A stretch of DNA of 64,000 nucleotides from Gammaproteobacteria bacterium (GTDB lineage: Bacteria > Pseudomonadota > Gammaproteobacteria > WFUO01): assembly GCA_015484945.1 (NCBI GenBank), contig WFUO01000064.1, positions 1,373 to 65,372 of the forward strand, given 5' to 3'. Shown here in pieces: positions 44,150 through 53,894 of the stretch. The position numbers were made by a program, and so were the translations under genes. Every line of letters begins with the position of its first letter. The first letter of the stretch is position 1. The notes below the pieces were generated by a model. It worked only from the letters and a program-made list of their open reading frames with translations, was not told the DNA's origin and made no database searches.

Positions 44150-45088
44150 ATGAATACTTCCTTGCAAAATGGCGGCGTCTATACCGACCTGCATGGCTTG
44201 CAGGGAATCAAGCGCCTGGGCAAAAGAGATCGTGATGCGGCATTGTGGGAGGTGTCTCGTCAGTTCGAGGGGCTGTTCTTCAAGATGGTGTTGAAGAGTA
44301 TGCGTGATGCAACGGTCGAGAGTGGCCTGTTCGATAGTAACCAGTCGAAGCAATATCGCGAGATGTTCGATCATCAACTCAGCGTCACGCTGGGGCAGAG
44401 CGGAAAGCTCGGCATCGCGAACATGATCTATCGTCAACTGGGTGGAAAAAAAGGAACCGGCAAGCCTATGGATGCGGTAACAAAGGCACCCGTGGCCAGG
44501 CCATTGACGAAGCTGGTGGTCGCATCACAAGACAAACGCATGGCTGGGACCGGCAAATCGGTCTCCAACGCTGCGAGGGACGGAAAGCTGTCGATGTTCA
44601 GCTCGCCACTGGCATTCATACGCGCCATCTATCCGCATGCAAAACGGGCCGCTGAAAGACTTGGTGTTTCACCCAGGGTATTGCTTGCTCAGGCGGCGTT
44701 GGAGACGGGCTGGGGGAAAAAGGTGATTACCGGTGCCGATGGCAAGGGACACAGCTATTTTGGCATCAAGGCCGGGAGCGGCTGGCAGGGCGCATCGTCA
44801 CGTGTCCCGACACTGGAATATCGTCATGGTGTCGTGCAGCGTGAGAAGGCCAGTTTCCGGATCTACGACGATCCACGCAAGGCTTTCGATGATTATGTCA
44901 ACTTTCTGCGTTCCAGCAAGCGCTATCAGGGCGCGTTGCGTTCACGTGGTGACGATCACGCTTTCATTGATGGCCTGGCGCGGGCGGGTTATGCGACCGA
45001 TCCGGCATATGCGGCCAAGATACGCCGGATCATGGCGGGCAAGACGCTCAATGGCATACTTTCCAAGCTGGGAATCGAGACGGGATAA
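44150..45088 (+). CDS. flgJ: Flagellar rod assembly protein / peptidoglycan hydrolase FlgJ
   Basis: The N-terminal rod-binding domain carries QFEGLFFKMVLKSMRD. The C-terminal glucosaminidase carries LLAQAALETGWGKK...YFGIKAG. Confidence 0.92.
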   Translation: MNTSLQNGGVYTDLHGLQGIKRLGKRDRDAALWEVSRQFEGLFFKMVLKSMRDATVESGLFDSNQSKQYREMFDHQLSVTLGQSGKLGIANMIYRQLGGKKGTGKPMDAVTKAPVARPLTKLVVASQDKRMAGTGKSVSNAARDGKLSMFSSPLAFIRAIYPHAKRAAERLGVSPRVLLAQAALETGWGKKVITGADGKGHSYFGIKAGSGWQGASSRVPTLEYRHGVVQREKASFRIYDDPRKAFDDYVNFLRSSKRYQGALRSRGDDHAFIDGLARAGYATDPAYAAKIRRIMAGKTLNGILSKLGIETG

Positions 45089-45094
45089 AGCGAC

Positions 45095-47278
45095 ATGGCT
45101 GACGTACTGGATATCAGTGTTTCAGGGCTTCTGGCATATCAGCGCGCGTTGCAGACAGCCAGTCACAATATCGCCAATGTGAATACTGAGGGTTATTCGC
45201 GCCAGCGTGTGGATCTTGCAACCCGGCCGCCCCAGTTTTCCGGTAATGGTTATATCGGCAGTGGTGTCAATATTGCGTCGATCACGCGTATTTTTGATCA
45301 GTATGTGCAGGACCAGGTCCAGTCTCTGACGGCTTCACAGGGACAGCAGGAGGTGCTGCTGGATTTTGCCAGCCAGGTAGATGGCATACTTGCGGATGCG
45401 CGAACCGGCCTGATGCCTGTGATGCGCAGGTTTTTTGATGCATTGCAGAATGCCAACGATGATCCGACATCGATTCCGGCGCGTCAGGTAGTGCTCGCCG
45501 AGGCTGAGGCCATGACATCGCGCTTCAACGCATTTCAGAGAACGCTTGGCAATATCAACGAAGGTGTCAATACCCAGATGCGGACCATGGTCGATGCCGT
45601 CAATGGCATCGCACGGGAGATCGCGGATCTCAACAAGAGTATCCAGCAATCGCCTGGTATCACCAATGGACAGATGCCGAATGACCTGCTGGACAGGCGT
45701 GATTTTCTGCTGACCAAGCTGTCCGAGTACGTCCAGGTCAACACGCTGTCCCTTGATGATGGCACCATCAATGTCTTTATCGGCAATGGTCAAAACCTGG
45801 TGGTCGGCGTCACTGCCCAGAAACTGGGGGTGATCAACAGCGAGTTCGATCCCAATATCAAGGATATCGCCTTTGTGACCGGCTCTTCGTCGGTCAATAT
45901 CACCAAGCTCGTTACCGGGGGCGCGCTGGGTGGCCTGTTGTCCTTCCGCAGCCAGGTGCTCGATGAGGTTCAGAACGAACTCGGCCGCGTTGCCACTGGC
46001 CTTGCCGAAACGCTCAACCGACAGCACAAGTTGGGTATGGATCTGAACGGCAACCGTGGGACTGACCTGTTCTCGATTGGCAACGTGGGCGTATTGCCCA
46101 GTACCCTGAATACCGGCAGTGGGTCTGTCAGTGTGGCGAGAGTCAGCGTCGATGCGATGACGACCAGCGACTATCTGTTGCAATACAATGGCGCCAACAG
46201 CTATACACTGACCCGTCTTTCGGACAATACCACGACTACCATCAATACCGGTGGTACCAGCCCGTATATCGCGGAAGAGGTGGATGGCCTGTCGTTGACG
46301 ATCACGGCCGGGGCCAATAGCGGCGATCGTTTTCTCATTCGACCGACACGCCTGGTTTCCGGCACCTTGAACAGTACATTGACCGAACCCGAAAAACTGG
46401 CACTGGCGGCACCGATACGCACTTTGTCTTCTATCAACAATACCGGTTCGGTTACTGCCACGCCGGGTTTCGTCAATTCTCCCGATAACCGTGTCGTCAT
46501 CACCTTCAACAATCCACCGACGACCTACGATGTCGTGGATGAGACGACCGGTGCGACACTGGCCGCGGGTCTTTCCTATACATCGGGAGGCAATATCGCG
46601 TTCAATGGTTGGACCATTCAAATAAGCGATGGCGGTTCGGCGCCGGCCGCCGGTGATACCTTCATCATAGACAAGACCGTGACCAGCGTGGGTTCCGGCA
46701 ATGCCGGTGGGGGCGTCATTTCGGCAGCCACCGTCAACAGTACGGGTGCCGACCCCAATCTGGGCGACACGGTAACGATTACCTTCAACAATCCGCCGAC
46801 GACATTCAATGTGAGCGGTTCGACCACAGGCAGCCCAACCGCCAATATTACCTACACGCCAGGGCAGCCGATCAGTTTCAACGGCTGGACCATCGAACTC
46901 AGTGGCACGCCGGTGGCCGGCGATGTCATCACCGTAGAGGCAAATACCGGTGGAGTCAGTGACAACCGGAACGGCCTGCTGTTGTCAGCGTTACAGGACA
47001 AGAAGATCCTGGCCAATGGCACCGCCAGCCTCTTGGACGCCTATGGGCGCATGGTGGCCGATGTGGGCGCCACCACGGCCAAGGCCAAGGTGGCCGAAGA
47101 GGCGCAGAGCATATTGTTGCGCGAGGCAATCGACAAGCGTGAATCGGTCTCGGGCGTCAATCTCGACGAGGAGGCAGCCAATCTGGTGCGCTTTCAGCAG
47201 GCCTATCAGGCGGCGGCACAGATCATCTCCACGACCGATCGTCTGTTCCAGACCCTCATCAGCGCGGTAGGTGGCTAG
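45095..47278 (+). CDS. flgK: Flagellar hook-associated protein 1 FlgK (enlarged, 727 aa)
   Basis: ISVSGLLAYQRALQTASHNIANVNTEGYSRQ...NLDEEAANLVRFQQAYQAAAQIISTTDRLFQTLI. The central region contains an internal duplication. Confidence 0.93.
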   Translation: MADVLDISVSGLLAYQRALQTASHNIANVNTEGYSRQRVDLATRPPQFSGNGYIGSGVNIASITRIFDQYVQDQVQSLTASQGQQEVLLDFASQVDGILADARTGLMPVMRRFFDALQNANDDPTSIPARQVVLAEAEAMTSRFNAFQRTLGNINEGVNTQMRTMVDAVNGIAREIADLNKSIQQSPGITNGQMPNDLLDRRDFLLTKLSEYVQVNTLSLDDGTINVFIGNGQNLVVGVTAQKLGVINSEFDPNIKDIAFVTGSSSVNITKLVTGGALGGLLSFRSQVLDEVQNELGRVATGLAETLNRQHKLGMDLNGNRGTDLFSIGNVGVLPSTLNTGSGSVSVARVSVDAMTTSDYLLQYNGANSYTLTRLSDNTTTTINTGGTSPYIAEEVDGLSLTITAGANSGDRFLIRPTRLVSGTLNSTLTEPEKLALAAPIRTLSSINNTGSVTATPGFVNSPDNRVVITFNNPPTTYDVVDETTGATLAAGLSYTSGGNIAFNGWTIQISDGGSAPAAGDTFIIDKTVTSVGSGNAGGGVISAATVNSTGADPNLGDTVTITFNNPPTTFNVSGSTTGSPTANITYTPGQPISFNGWTIELSGTPVAGDVITVEANTGGVSDNRNGLLLSALQDKKILANGTASLLDAYGRMVADVGATTAKAKVAEEAQSILLREAIDKRESVSGVNLDEEAANLVRFQQAYQAAAQIISTTDRLFQTLISAVGG

Positions 47279-47279
47279 T

Positions 47280-48482
47280 ATGCGAATCTCGACACCACAG
47301 TCTCAGCTTACGGGTATCAACAGCATTCTCGATCAGCAGGCGAAACTCAATCGTACCCAGCTACAGATCTCAACCGGCAAACGCATCGTCAGCCCGTCTG
47401 ACGACCCGGCCGGTTCGGCGCGCATACTGGATCTGAACCAGATCATCAGTATTACCCAGCAATACCAGAAAAACATCGATATCGCCGAGGAACGCCTGGC
47501 CAGCGAGGAAACGGCGGTCAAGAGCGCCATCTCGATCCTGCGCCGCGCGCGAGAGCTGGCCATCCAGGCGAATTCCGGTAGCCAGGACGCAATATCACGC
47601 CAGAGTATCGCCGTGGAAGTGCGCGAACTGCTCGATCAGCTGCTGTCCATTGCCAATACCCGGGGAGGGGATGGCGATTACCTGTTTTCTGGTTACCAGG
47701 GCGATACAAGGCCGTTTTCCGAAACGACACCGGGAAATTATGGCTATTTCGGTGATGATGGCAGGCGTTACCTGCAAATCGGACCCAGCAGACAGATAGC
47801 GGTTTCCGATTCCGGCAACGATGTTTTCCGTGCCATCCGTAACGGCAATGGCGCATTCAGCGTCGCCCAGGCCAGCGGCAACAGCGGCAGCGGTGTGATC
47901 GATCCCGGCAATGTGACGAACCCGGCGACCTGGCAGGCCAATATCGATACCTATACCATCACCTTCACCAGCGCGACGACCTGGGAGGTGCGTGACAGCG
48001 CCTCGGCGCTGGTGACCAGCGGCACCTATGTCGATGGCGGCGACATCCAGTTCAATGGCATCCAGACCTCGATCAAGGGAACGCCCGCCAGCGGCGACAG
48101 TTTCACGATCTCGCCCAGCGTCAACCAGGATGTCTTTACCACCTTACGGAATCTCGTCAACACTCTGGATATCACGATCACCGGCGATGCCGACAAGGCG
48201 CGCTATGCCAATGGCATCAATTCGGCCATCGTGGATATCGACCGCGGCATGGAGAACCTGATCAATATCGAGGGTGGTATTGGCGCAAGGAGAAACATCC
48301 TCGCATCACAGAAACAGGACAACGAGGATCTGATCCTGCAGCGTACCGAGACCCTGTCCAGCATCGAGGATGTGGATCTGGCCAAGGCCATCAGCGAGCT
48401 CAATATCGAACGGGTGTCCTTGCAGGCCGCGCAGCAGGCCTATGTGAAGGTACAGAACCTGTCCCTGTTCAATTTCCTGTAA
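47280..48482 (+). CDS. flgL: Flagellar hook-associated protein 3 FlgL
   Basis: From ATG 47280 it reads MRISTPQSQLTGINSILDQQAKLNRTQLQISTGKRI...VQNLSLFNFL. The track start at 47271 is a GTG that overlaps the flgK stop. Confidence 0.92.
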   Translation: MRISTPQSQLTGINSILDQQAKLNRTQLQISTGKRIVSPSDDPAGSARILDLNQIISITQQYQKNIDIAEERLASEETAVKSAISILRRARELAIQANSGSQDAISRQSIAVEVRELLDQLLSIANTRGGDGDYLFSGYQGDTRPFSETTPGNYGYFGDDGRRYLQIGPSRQIAVSDSGNDVFRAIRNGNGAFSVAQASGNSGSGVIDPGNVTNPATWQANIDTYTITFTSATTWEVRDSASALVTSGTYVDGGDIQFNGIQTSIKGTPASGDSFTISPSVNQDVFTTLRNLVNTLDITITGDADKARYANGINSAIVDIDRGMENLINIEGGIGARRNILASQKQDNEDLILQRTETLSSIEDVDLAKAISELNIERVSLQAAQQAYVKVQNLSLFNFL

Positions 48483-48602
48483 GTCACACACACCAGCACG
48501 ACCTTCGTATCGAAATTATCAAGGTGTTATCAGGACACCCATAAAAGCGGATTACGCTACCTGTTCGCGGCCACTTGTCACTGCATGGTTGCCGCGAAGA
48601 AG

Positions 48603-48636
48603 CCTTGTCAGGATACCCGGCCTTGTCAAGATACCC
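48603..48636 (+). promoter_or_regulatory. Tandem 16-nt motif CCTTGTCA(G/A)GATACCC x2 (18-nt period) upstream of fliC
   Basis: Copies lie at 48603-48618 and 48621-48636. Related half-copies are gtgttatcaggacaccc (48524-48540) and cttgtca within 48581-48590. Confidence 0.5.
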
Positions 48637-48784
48637 AATATCACCCGTATGTGTTGATTAACCGGATTCCGTTTCTTTCACTGCACTTTTCATGCGGAAT
48701 CTTGCCGGTATTTTTTGTGGCGTTATGCTTGTCAATCAATTGGTTACGTGACTCACAGCCGGAACAGGCAAAGCAAAAAAACGC

Positions 48785-48811
48785 TAAAGATTCTGCCGGC
48801 GCAGCCGTTAT
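48785..48811 (+). promoter_or_regulatory. Sigma-28 (FliA) promoter of fliC
   Basis: TAAAGATT, an 11-nt spacer, then GCCGTTAT. The spacing is correct and it lies ~120 nt upstream of the fliC ATG. Confidence 0.75.
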
Positions 48812-48931
48812 GATGGCTGGAGACGGTGAATATCGCCCGCAAGGGTCAGATATATCCGTTGTGTTTGAAGCCTTGAACCCCGCGAGTGAAAGCCATGAGC
48901 GCGGACACAGAGGGGAAACGGGAGATTTACC

Positions 48932-50467
48932 ATGCCACAGATTGTCAATACCAACATTGCGTCACTGAACGCACAGCGTAACCTGAATCGCACACAAAAC
49001 CAGTTGAGCATTTCCCTGCAGCGTCTGTCGTCCGGTCTGCGCATCAACAGTGCCAAGGACGACGCCGCCGGTCTGGCGATTTCGGAACGCTTCACGACCC
49101 AGATCCGCGGTCTCAACCAGGCGGTCCGTAACGCCAACGACGGTATCTCGCTGGCGCAGACTTCCGAATCGGCCCTGGCCGAGGTGACCGCCAACCTGCA
49201 GCGTATCCGCGAGCTGGCCGTACAGTCGGCCAACGGCACGAACTCGGTATCCGACCGCGCCGCGCTCGACCAGGAAGTGCAACAGCGACTGGCCGAGATC
49301 GACCGTATCGCCACCCAGACCACATTCAACGGCCTGCGTGTGCTCGACGGCACGTTTGGCACCTCGCAGTTCCAGGTCGGCGCGAACGCCAACCAGACCA
49401 TTTCGATCAACCTGTCACAGGGTGTCAAGACCTCGCAGATCGGTCAGTTGGCCGGTGAGACCAGCGCAAACGAAGTCACGACAACAGCCCTGTCAGGTTC
49501 CGGCACCATCCAGGTCGGCACCCAGGATGCCGTGACGATCGCGGCCTCGGTCGCAGGTCCCGAAGGCGCCACCAAGGGGCAGGGTGCCGGTAGTGCCTAT
49601 GCCAAGGCCAAGGCCATCGAGGCTGCTGCCGTGCCGGGGCTGGCCGTCAGCGCCGAGAACAATATCGAGTTTACCATTGCCACTGTTAGTGGTGGTTCGG
49701 CTGGTGACACCTACAGCCTGTATATCAATGGTACCGATATCTACGCCTCCTTTGATACATCCTCTACCAGCCTGACGGCACAGCAAGTTGTCGATTCCAT
49801 CAATGCGCAGAGTGTCAATACCGGTGTGACGGCGGCGCTCGATGGCTCGAATCTGCGCCTGAGCACGACCGATGGCCGTGACATCATCGTTGGCCAGACC
49901 GTAAATGCCAACGGTACCAGTGGTGGCCTGACGGCCGGTTCCGGTGGCGCGACCACCAAGAATGGTGTCACCTACTATGATGGCACGCTCGATACCGTGG
50001 CCAATGCCAAGCTGGCATCCCCGACAAACAATGCCGTCAACGGCGGCCGGCTGACACTGTCGGCGACCGAGAACATCACCATCACCGGTGATGCCGACGA
50101 CATGGGCTTTACCGCATCGGGTACGAACGACTATGTCATTACCAAGGACACGACCACGCTGCAGGACATCAACGTGAAGACGATCGCGGCTTCCAATGAT
50201 GCCATCAAGCGTATCGATACGGCCCTGGACGCGGTCAACACGCTGCGCAGTACCTTTGGTGCGATCCAGAACCGTTTCGAATCGACGATCTCCAACCTGT
50301 CGGCCGTTTCGGAAAGTCTGACGGCATCGCGCAGCCGTATCCAGGACGCCGACTTCGCCGCGGAGACCGCCGCGCTGACCCGTGCGCAGATTCTGCAGCA
50401 GGCCGGTGTATCGGTTCTGTCCCAGGCCAACGCCTTGCCCCAGCTGGCGCTCTCGCTGCTGCAGTAA
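48932..50467 (+). CDS. fliC: Flagellin (511 aa, long Thr/Ser/Ala/Gly-rich central domain)
   Basis: MPQIVNTNIASLNAQRNLNRTQNQLSISLQRLSSGLRINSAKDDAAGLAISERF...AAETAALTRAQILQQAGVSVLSQANALPQLALSLLQ. Confidence 0.96.
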   Translation: MPQIVNTNIASLNAQRNLNRTQNQLSISLQRLSSGLRINSAKDDAAGLAISERFTTQIRGLNQAVRNANDGISLAQTSESALAEVTANLQRIRELAVQSANGTNSVSDRAALDQEVQQRLAEIDRIATQTTFNGLRVLDGTFGTSQFQVGANANQTISINLSQGVKTSQIGQLAGETSANEVTTTALSGSGTIQVGTQDAVTIAASVAGPEGATKGQGAGSAYAKAKAIEAAAVPGLAVSAENNIEFTIATVSGGSAGDTYSLYINGTDIYASFDTSSTSLTAQQVVDSINAQSVNTGVTAALDGSNLRLSTTDGRDIIVGQTVNANGTSGGLTAGSGGATTKNGVTYYDGTLDTVANAKLASPTNNAVNGGRLTLSATENITITGDADDMGFTASGTNDYVITKDTTTLQDINVKTIAASNDAIKRIDTALDAVNTLRSTFGAIQNRFESTISNLSAVSESLTASRSRIQDADFAAETAALTRAQILQQAGVSVLSQANALPQLALSLLQ

Positions 50468-50486
50468 GGCTGATGTAGAAGGCAAG

Positions 50487-50515
50487 GATGCGCCCGGACC
50501 CGTTCCGGGCGCATC
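50487..50515 (+). terminator. 12-bp perfect GC-rich hairpin after fliC (no U-tract)
   Basis: gatgcgcccgga, loop cccgt, then tccgggcgcatc. This could be a terminator, attenuator or 3' stabiliser. Confidence 0.45.
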
Positions 50516-50538
50516 TGTAGCCGACAGGTAGGCAAACC

Positions 50539-50964
50539 ATGAATACGGATACTGTAGTTTCGATCCAGCGTATCGGGCCAACGCGTCCCGAGACCGCTGC
50601 AGTTCCGCCCGCTGCCGGCAGGGATTCCCCCGAGTCGGCGCAGTATGCTGTTTCCATGCGGCAGGATATTGCCGCTGCCGATGGCAAGGATTCGCCGCGT
50701 CAGGCCGGTACCGAGCGCCGGCTTGACGATGCGCTGCGGGAGGTCAACAGCTACGTGCAGCAGGTCAACCGGCGTATCCAGTTCAGCCCGGACGAACGTC
50801 TGCCGCTTGGCAGAACCGTGATTCGGGTCGTGGATGCCGAGACCAACGAGGTCATCCGCGAGATCCCGTCCGAGGAGCTGCTGGCGATGGCGCGGCGCAT
50901 CAGCGAGATGATGCAGGATGGTGGGGGCGACCCGGGCGGACTGATCATCGAAGACCGGGTTTGA
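50539..50964 (+). CDS. flaG: Flagellar protein FlaG
   Basis: The C-terminal region LDDALREVNSYVQQVNRRIQFSPDERLPLGRTVIRVVDAETNEVIREIPSEELLAMARRI matches the FlaG family. Confidence 0.85.
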   Translation: MNTDTVVSIQRIGPTRPETAAVPPAAGRDSPESAQYAVSMRQDIAAADGKDSPRQAGTERRLDDALREVNSYVQQVNRRIQFSPDERLPLGRTVIRVVDAETNEVIREIPSEELLAMARRISEMMQDGGGDPGGLIIEDRV

Positions 50965-50965
50965 A

Positions 50966-50981
50966 TGGCACCGATCTTGCT
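50966..50981 (+). promoter_or_regulatory. Sigma-54 promoter of fliD-fliS-fliT
   Basis: TGGCAC-cgatc-TTGCT, immediately after the flaG stop and ~42 nt before the fliD ATG. Confidence 0.7.
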
Positions 50982-51022
50982 TCTTGCATGGGCATGAAGC
51001 ATGTGAACTGGAGAAACGACCG

Positions 51023-53047
51023 ATGGCCACGATTTCATCACCCGGCATAGGGTCCGGGCTGGACATCAACAGCCTGGTCAGTCAGCTGGTGGCTGCCGAA
51101 GCTGCCGGACCGACATCCCGGCTCGACCGCCAGGAGACCCGTCTGCAGGTGCGCCTGTCCGGTTATGGTTCACTGAAGGGCGCCTTGTCTGCGTTGCAGT
51201 CTGCGACCAATACCCTGTCCGATTTCAGGTCATATTCGGCGCGCAGCGTCAGCAGCTCGGATACCGACGTGCTGGTTGCCAGCGCCTCCGGGGAGCCGGC
51301 CATTGCTTCCTATGATGTCAGCGTCGCCAATCTGGCGGAGTCACACAAGCTCTCGACCGATCCCGCGCTGGCGAACGCGCAGTTCACGTCACTAACCGAT
51401 ACCATCGGCACCGGTACACTGACCTTCCGCTTCGGAACCACGGTCTATGACAGTGGCACTGATACCTATACCAGTTTCACACAGTCCGCCGACAAGTCTT
51501 CGGCGACGGTAAAGATTACCGATGGCACGCTGCAGGGGATACGCGATGCCATCAATCAGGCGGATATCGGCGTAACGGCGTCGATCATCAACGATGGCAG
51601 TTACTACCGCCTGGCCATCACATCCAATGATACGGGTGCCGACAACAGCCTGGAGATCAGCGTGGATGACGATGATCTCAATGATACCGATGGCGCCGGC
51701 CTGTCATTGCTGGCCTTCAACAGCGCATCCACCAACCTGACCCAGACCGCCGCCGCCGTGGATGCCTCGCTGACCGTCAACGGCATCAGTATCACCAGCG
51801 CCAGCAACACGCTCAACGATGCTATCGAGAACATGACCCTGACGCTGAAACAGGCTGGCAGCAGTACGGTCAAGGTGGCGAGTGACACCAGCAATGTGAA
51901 GACGGCTGTTCAGGGGCTGGTCAATACCTACAACAGTTTTCTGGATACCGTCGATACCCTGACCGGTTATGATCCGGATACCCAACAGGCGGGCACGCTG
52001 AATGGCGACGGGCTGATACGCACCATCACCAGCGGGCTGCAGCGCCTGATCGGCACACCGGTGGGCGGACCCAACGATGCGGTGAGGATTCTGGCCGATA
52101 TCGGCATCACCACTGACAGCACGACCGGCAAGCTCATCATCGATGAAGGCCAGCTGGATGACAAGATCGCCAACAATATCGAAGACATCAAGGCACTGTT
52201 CGCGGTCTATGGCAGGACGACGGATGGCTTCGTCGCCTTTGACAGCGCCAGCGCGGATACCCGGGTCGGGGAGTACGCGGTCAATATCACCCAGCTTGCC
52301 ACCAGGGGCAGTTTCACCGGTTCGGCGGCAGCCAATCTGACCATTACCGCCGGGGTCAACGACACACTGGTCACCGAGATCGATGGCATCAGTGCCACGA
52401 TCACATTGACCGCGGGAACCTATACGGCTGATACCCTGGCGGCCGAGCTGCAGGGCAAGCTCAACGAGCATGCGGATCTCAAGAACAACGGCGTGACCGT
52501 GGAGGTGACGCAATCCTCAGGTGTGCTGACGGTAACATCGAATCGCTATGGCAGCGCCTCGGTGGTCAATATTACGGGCGGCACGGCCAGGGCCGACCTG
52601 TTCGGCAGTTCGCCAACCAGCGCAGACGGCGTGGATGTGGCAGGCACCATTGGCGGCCTGGCGGCCACCGGCAATGGTCAGTACCTGACCGGCGCCAGTG
52701 GCGATGTCGAAGGGCTCAAGTTGCTGATCACCGGCACCCAGACCGGCAATCGTGGCACGGTGGATTTCCGGCGTGGCTATGCCAGCCAGCTGAACGACTA
52801 CCTCGAACAGATCATCGGCAGCGAGGGCAGTCTGGGCAGGGCGACCGAGACCATCCAGGACGGCATAAGCCGGATCAACGATGACCGCGAGCGGTTACAG
52901 TTGCGTCTCGATTCCATCGAGCAGCGCATCCGCAACCAGTTCATCGCCCTGGATACGCTGCTCAGCCAGTTGCAAAATACCAGTGTTTTTCTGGGGCAAC
53001 AGCTTGCCGCGTTGCCGCAGATCAACGTGTCACAAAAATCCGGCTGA
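51023..53047 (+). CDS. fliD: Flagellar filament cap protein FliD (674 aa)
   Basis: From ATG 51023 it reads MATISSPGIGSGLDINSLVSQLVAAEAAGPTSRLDRQETRLQVRLSGYGSLK...RIRNQFIALDTLLSQLQNTSVFL. Confidence 0.93.
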   Translation: MATISSPGIGSGLDINSLVSQLVAAEAAGPTSRLDRQETRLQVRLSGYGSLKGALSALQSATNTLSDFRSYSARSVSSSDTDVLVASASGEPAIASYDVSVANLAESHKLSTDPALANAQFTSLTDTIGTGTLTFRFGTTVYDSGTDTYTSFTQSADKSSATVKITDGTLQGIRDAINQADIGVTASIINDGSYYRLAITSNDTGADNSLEISVDDDDLNDTDGAGLSLLAFNSASTNLTQTAAAVDASLTVNGISITSASNTLNDAIENMTLTLKQAGSSTVKVASDTSNVKTAVQGLVNTYNSFLDTVDTLTGYDPDTQQAGTLNGDGLIRTITSGLQRLIGTPVGGPNDAVRILADIGITTDSTTGKLIIDEGQLDDKIANNIEDIKALFAVYGRTTDGFVAFDSASADTRVGEYAVNITQLATRGSFTGSAAANLTITAGVNDTLVTEIDGISATITLTAGTYTADTLAAELQGKLNEHADLKNNGVTVEVTQSSGVLTVTSNRYGSASVVNITGGTARADLFGSSPTSADGVDVAGTIGGLAATGNGQYLTGASGDVEGLKLLITGTQTGNRGTVDFRRGYASQLNDYLEQIIGSEGSLGRATETIQDGISRINDDRERLQLRLDSIEQRIRNQFIALDTLLSQLQNTSVFLGQQLAALPQINVSQKSG

Positions 53048-53121
53048 TGGGCTCAAGCGGGTGGCATGATGGCCGATAGACTCGATAGTAGCAGCATGAA
53101 CATATACAAAGAAGGTAACCA

Positions 53122-53553
53122 ATGAACATGACAGCCAAGCACAGCGCACTGGATCAATACAACAAGGTCGGTATCCAGGGTGGTGTCGATGCAGCCAGTC
53201 CGCACCGCCTGATACAGATGTTGATGGAGGGCGCGCTTGACAAGATCGCCATTGCAAAGGGTCACATGCAGCAGGGCAACATCGCCGAGAAGGGCGCGCA
53301 CATTTCATGGGCCATCGCCATCATCGACGGGCTCAAGGTCAGCCTGGACAAGTCCGCCGGTGGCGAGATCGCCGAGAATCTAGACGCGCTGTACGATTAC
53401 ATGCAGCGCACCCTGCTCAAGGCCAATCTCGACGACGATCCTGCGTTGCTGGACGAGGTCAGCGGCCTGATGGCGACGATCAAGGATGGCTGGGACAATA
53501 TTCCTGAAGAATATCGCACGCCTCGCGCAGCCGGCAGACCGGAAGGACGATGA
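53122..53553 (+). CDS. fliS: Flagellin-specific chaperone FliS
   Basis: ASPHRLIQMLMEGALDKIAIAKGHMQQGNIAEKGAHISWAIAIIDGLKVSLD...NLDALYDYMQRTLLKAN. Confidence 0.92.
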   Translation: MNMTAKHSALDQYNKVGIQGGVDAASPHRLIQMLMEGALDKIAIAKGHMQQGNIAEKGAHISWAIAIIDGLKVSLDKSAGGEIAENLDALYDYMQRTLLKANLDDDPALLDEVSGLMATIKDGWDNIPEEYRTPRAAGRPEGR

Positions 53554-53894
53554 TGCAGACTCTGGTGGATGACGGTCACGACAAGGAGGCCGTTTCGGTT
53601 GGGGGCTTCAGGGAAATTCTCGACCTGGCGCGGCTGATGCGCAAGCTGGCCAGTGAAGGCGACTGGGAAAGCGTGGCTGTCATGCAGCATCGCCGTCAGC
53701 AGATGCTCGAATCCTTCTTCGCTTCACCGGTCGATGGTCATGTTCCCGAACTGGCCGCCGCCATTCGCGAGATGCTGGAGATAGACCGTTTTCTCATCGA
53801 GGCCGGACGCAGGGAGCGGGATGCCCTGTCCGAATCGCTGCAGGGTTTGCGTCAGGGTGCCGCGGGTGTCGCGGCCTATGAACGTCATCGCTGA
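53550..53894 (+). CDS. fliT: Small helical protein in the FliT position (putative flagellar chaperone)
   Basis: 114 aa and overlaps the fliS stop. It is helical (LDLARLMRKLASEGDWESVAVMQHRRQQMLESFF). The assignment rests on position and size, since FliT families are poorly conserved. Confidence 0.5.
   Translation: MMQTLVDDGHDKEAVSVGGFREILDLARLMRKLASEGDWESVAVMQHRRQQMLESFFASPVDGHVPELAAAIREMLEIDRFLIEAGRRERDALSESLQGLRQGAAGVAAYERHR

Noticed and set aside
45335-46621. 428-aa minus-strand ORF, with similar ones at 49493-50581, 50131-51069, 38735-39793, 12099-13169, 10922-11887 and 6718-7803
   Set aside because: All are antisense to well-supported genes (flgK, fliC/flaG, flgD/E, lysC, alaS, ppsA) and have biased, repetitive composition.
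48585-48968. 127-aa ORF upstream of and overlapping the fliC start
   Set aside because: It spans the sigma-28 promoter and the fliC 5' UTR and start codon, and has no homolog-like features. The region is better explained as regulatory DNA.
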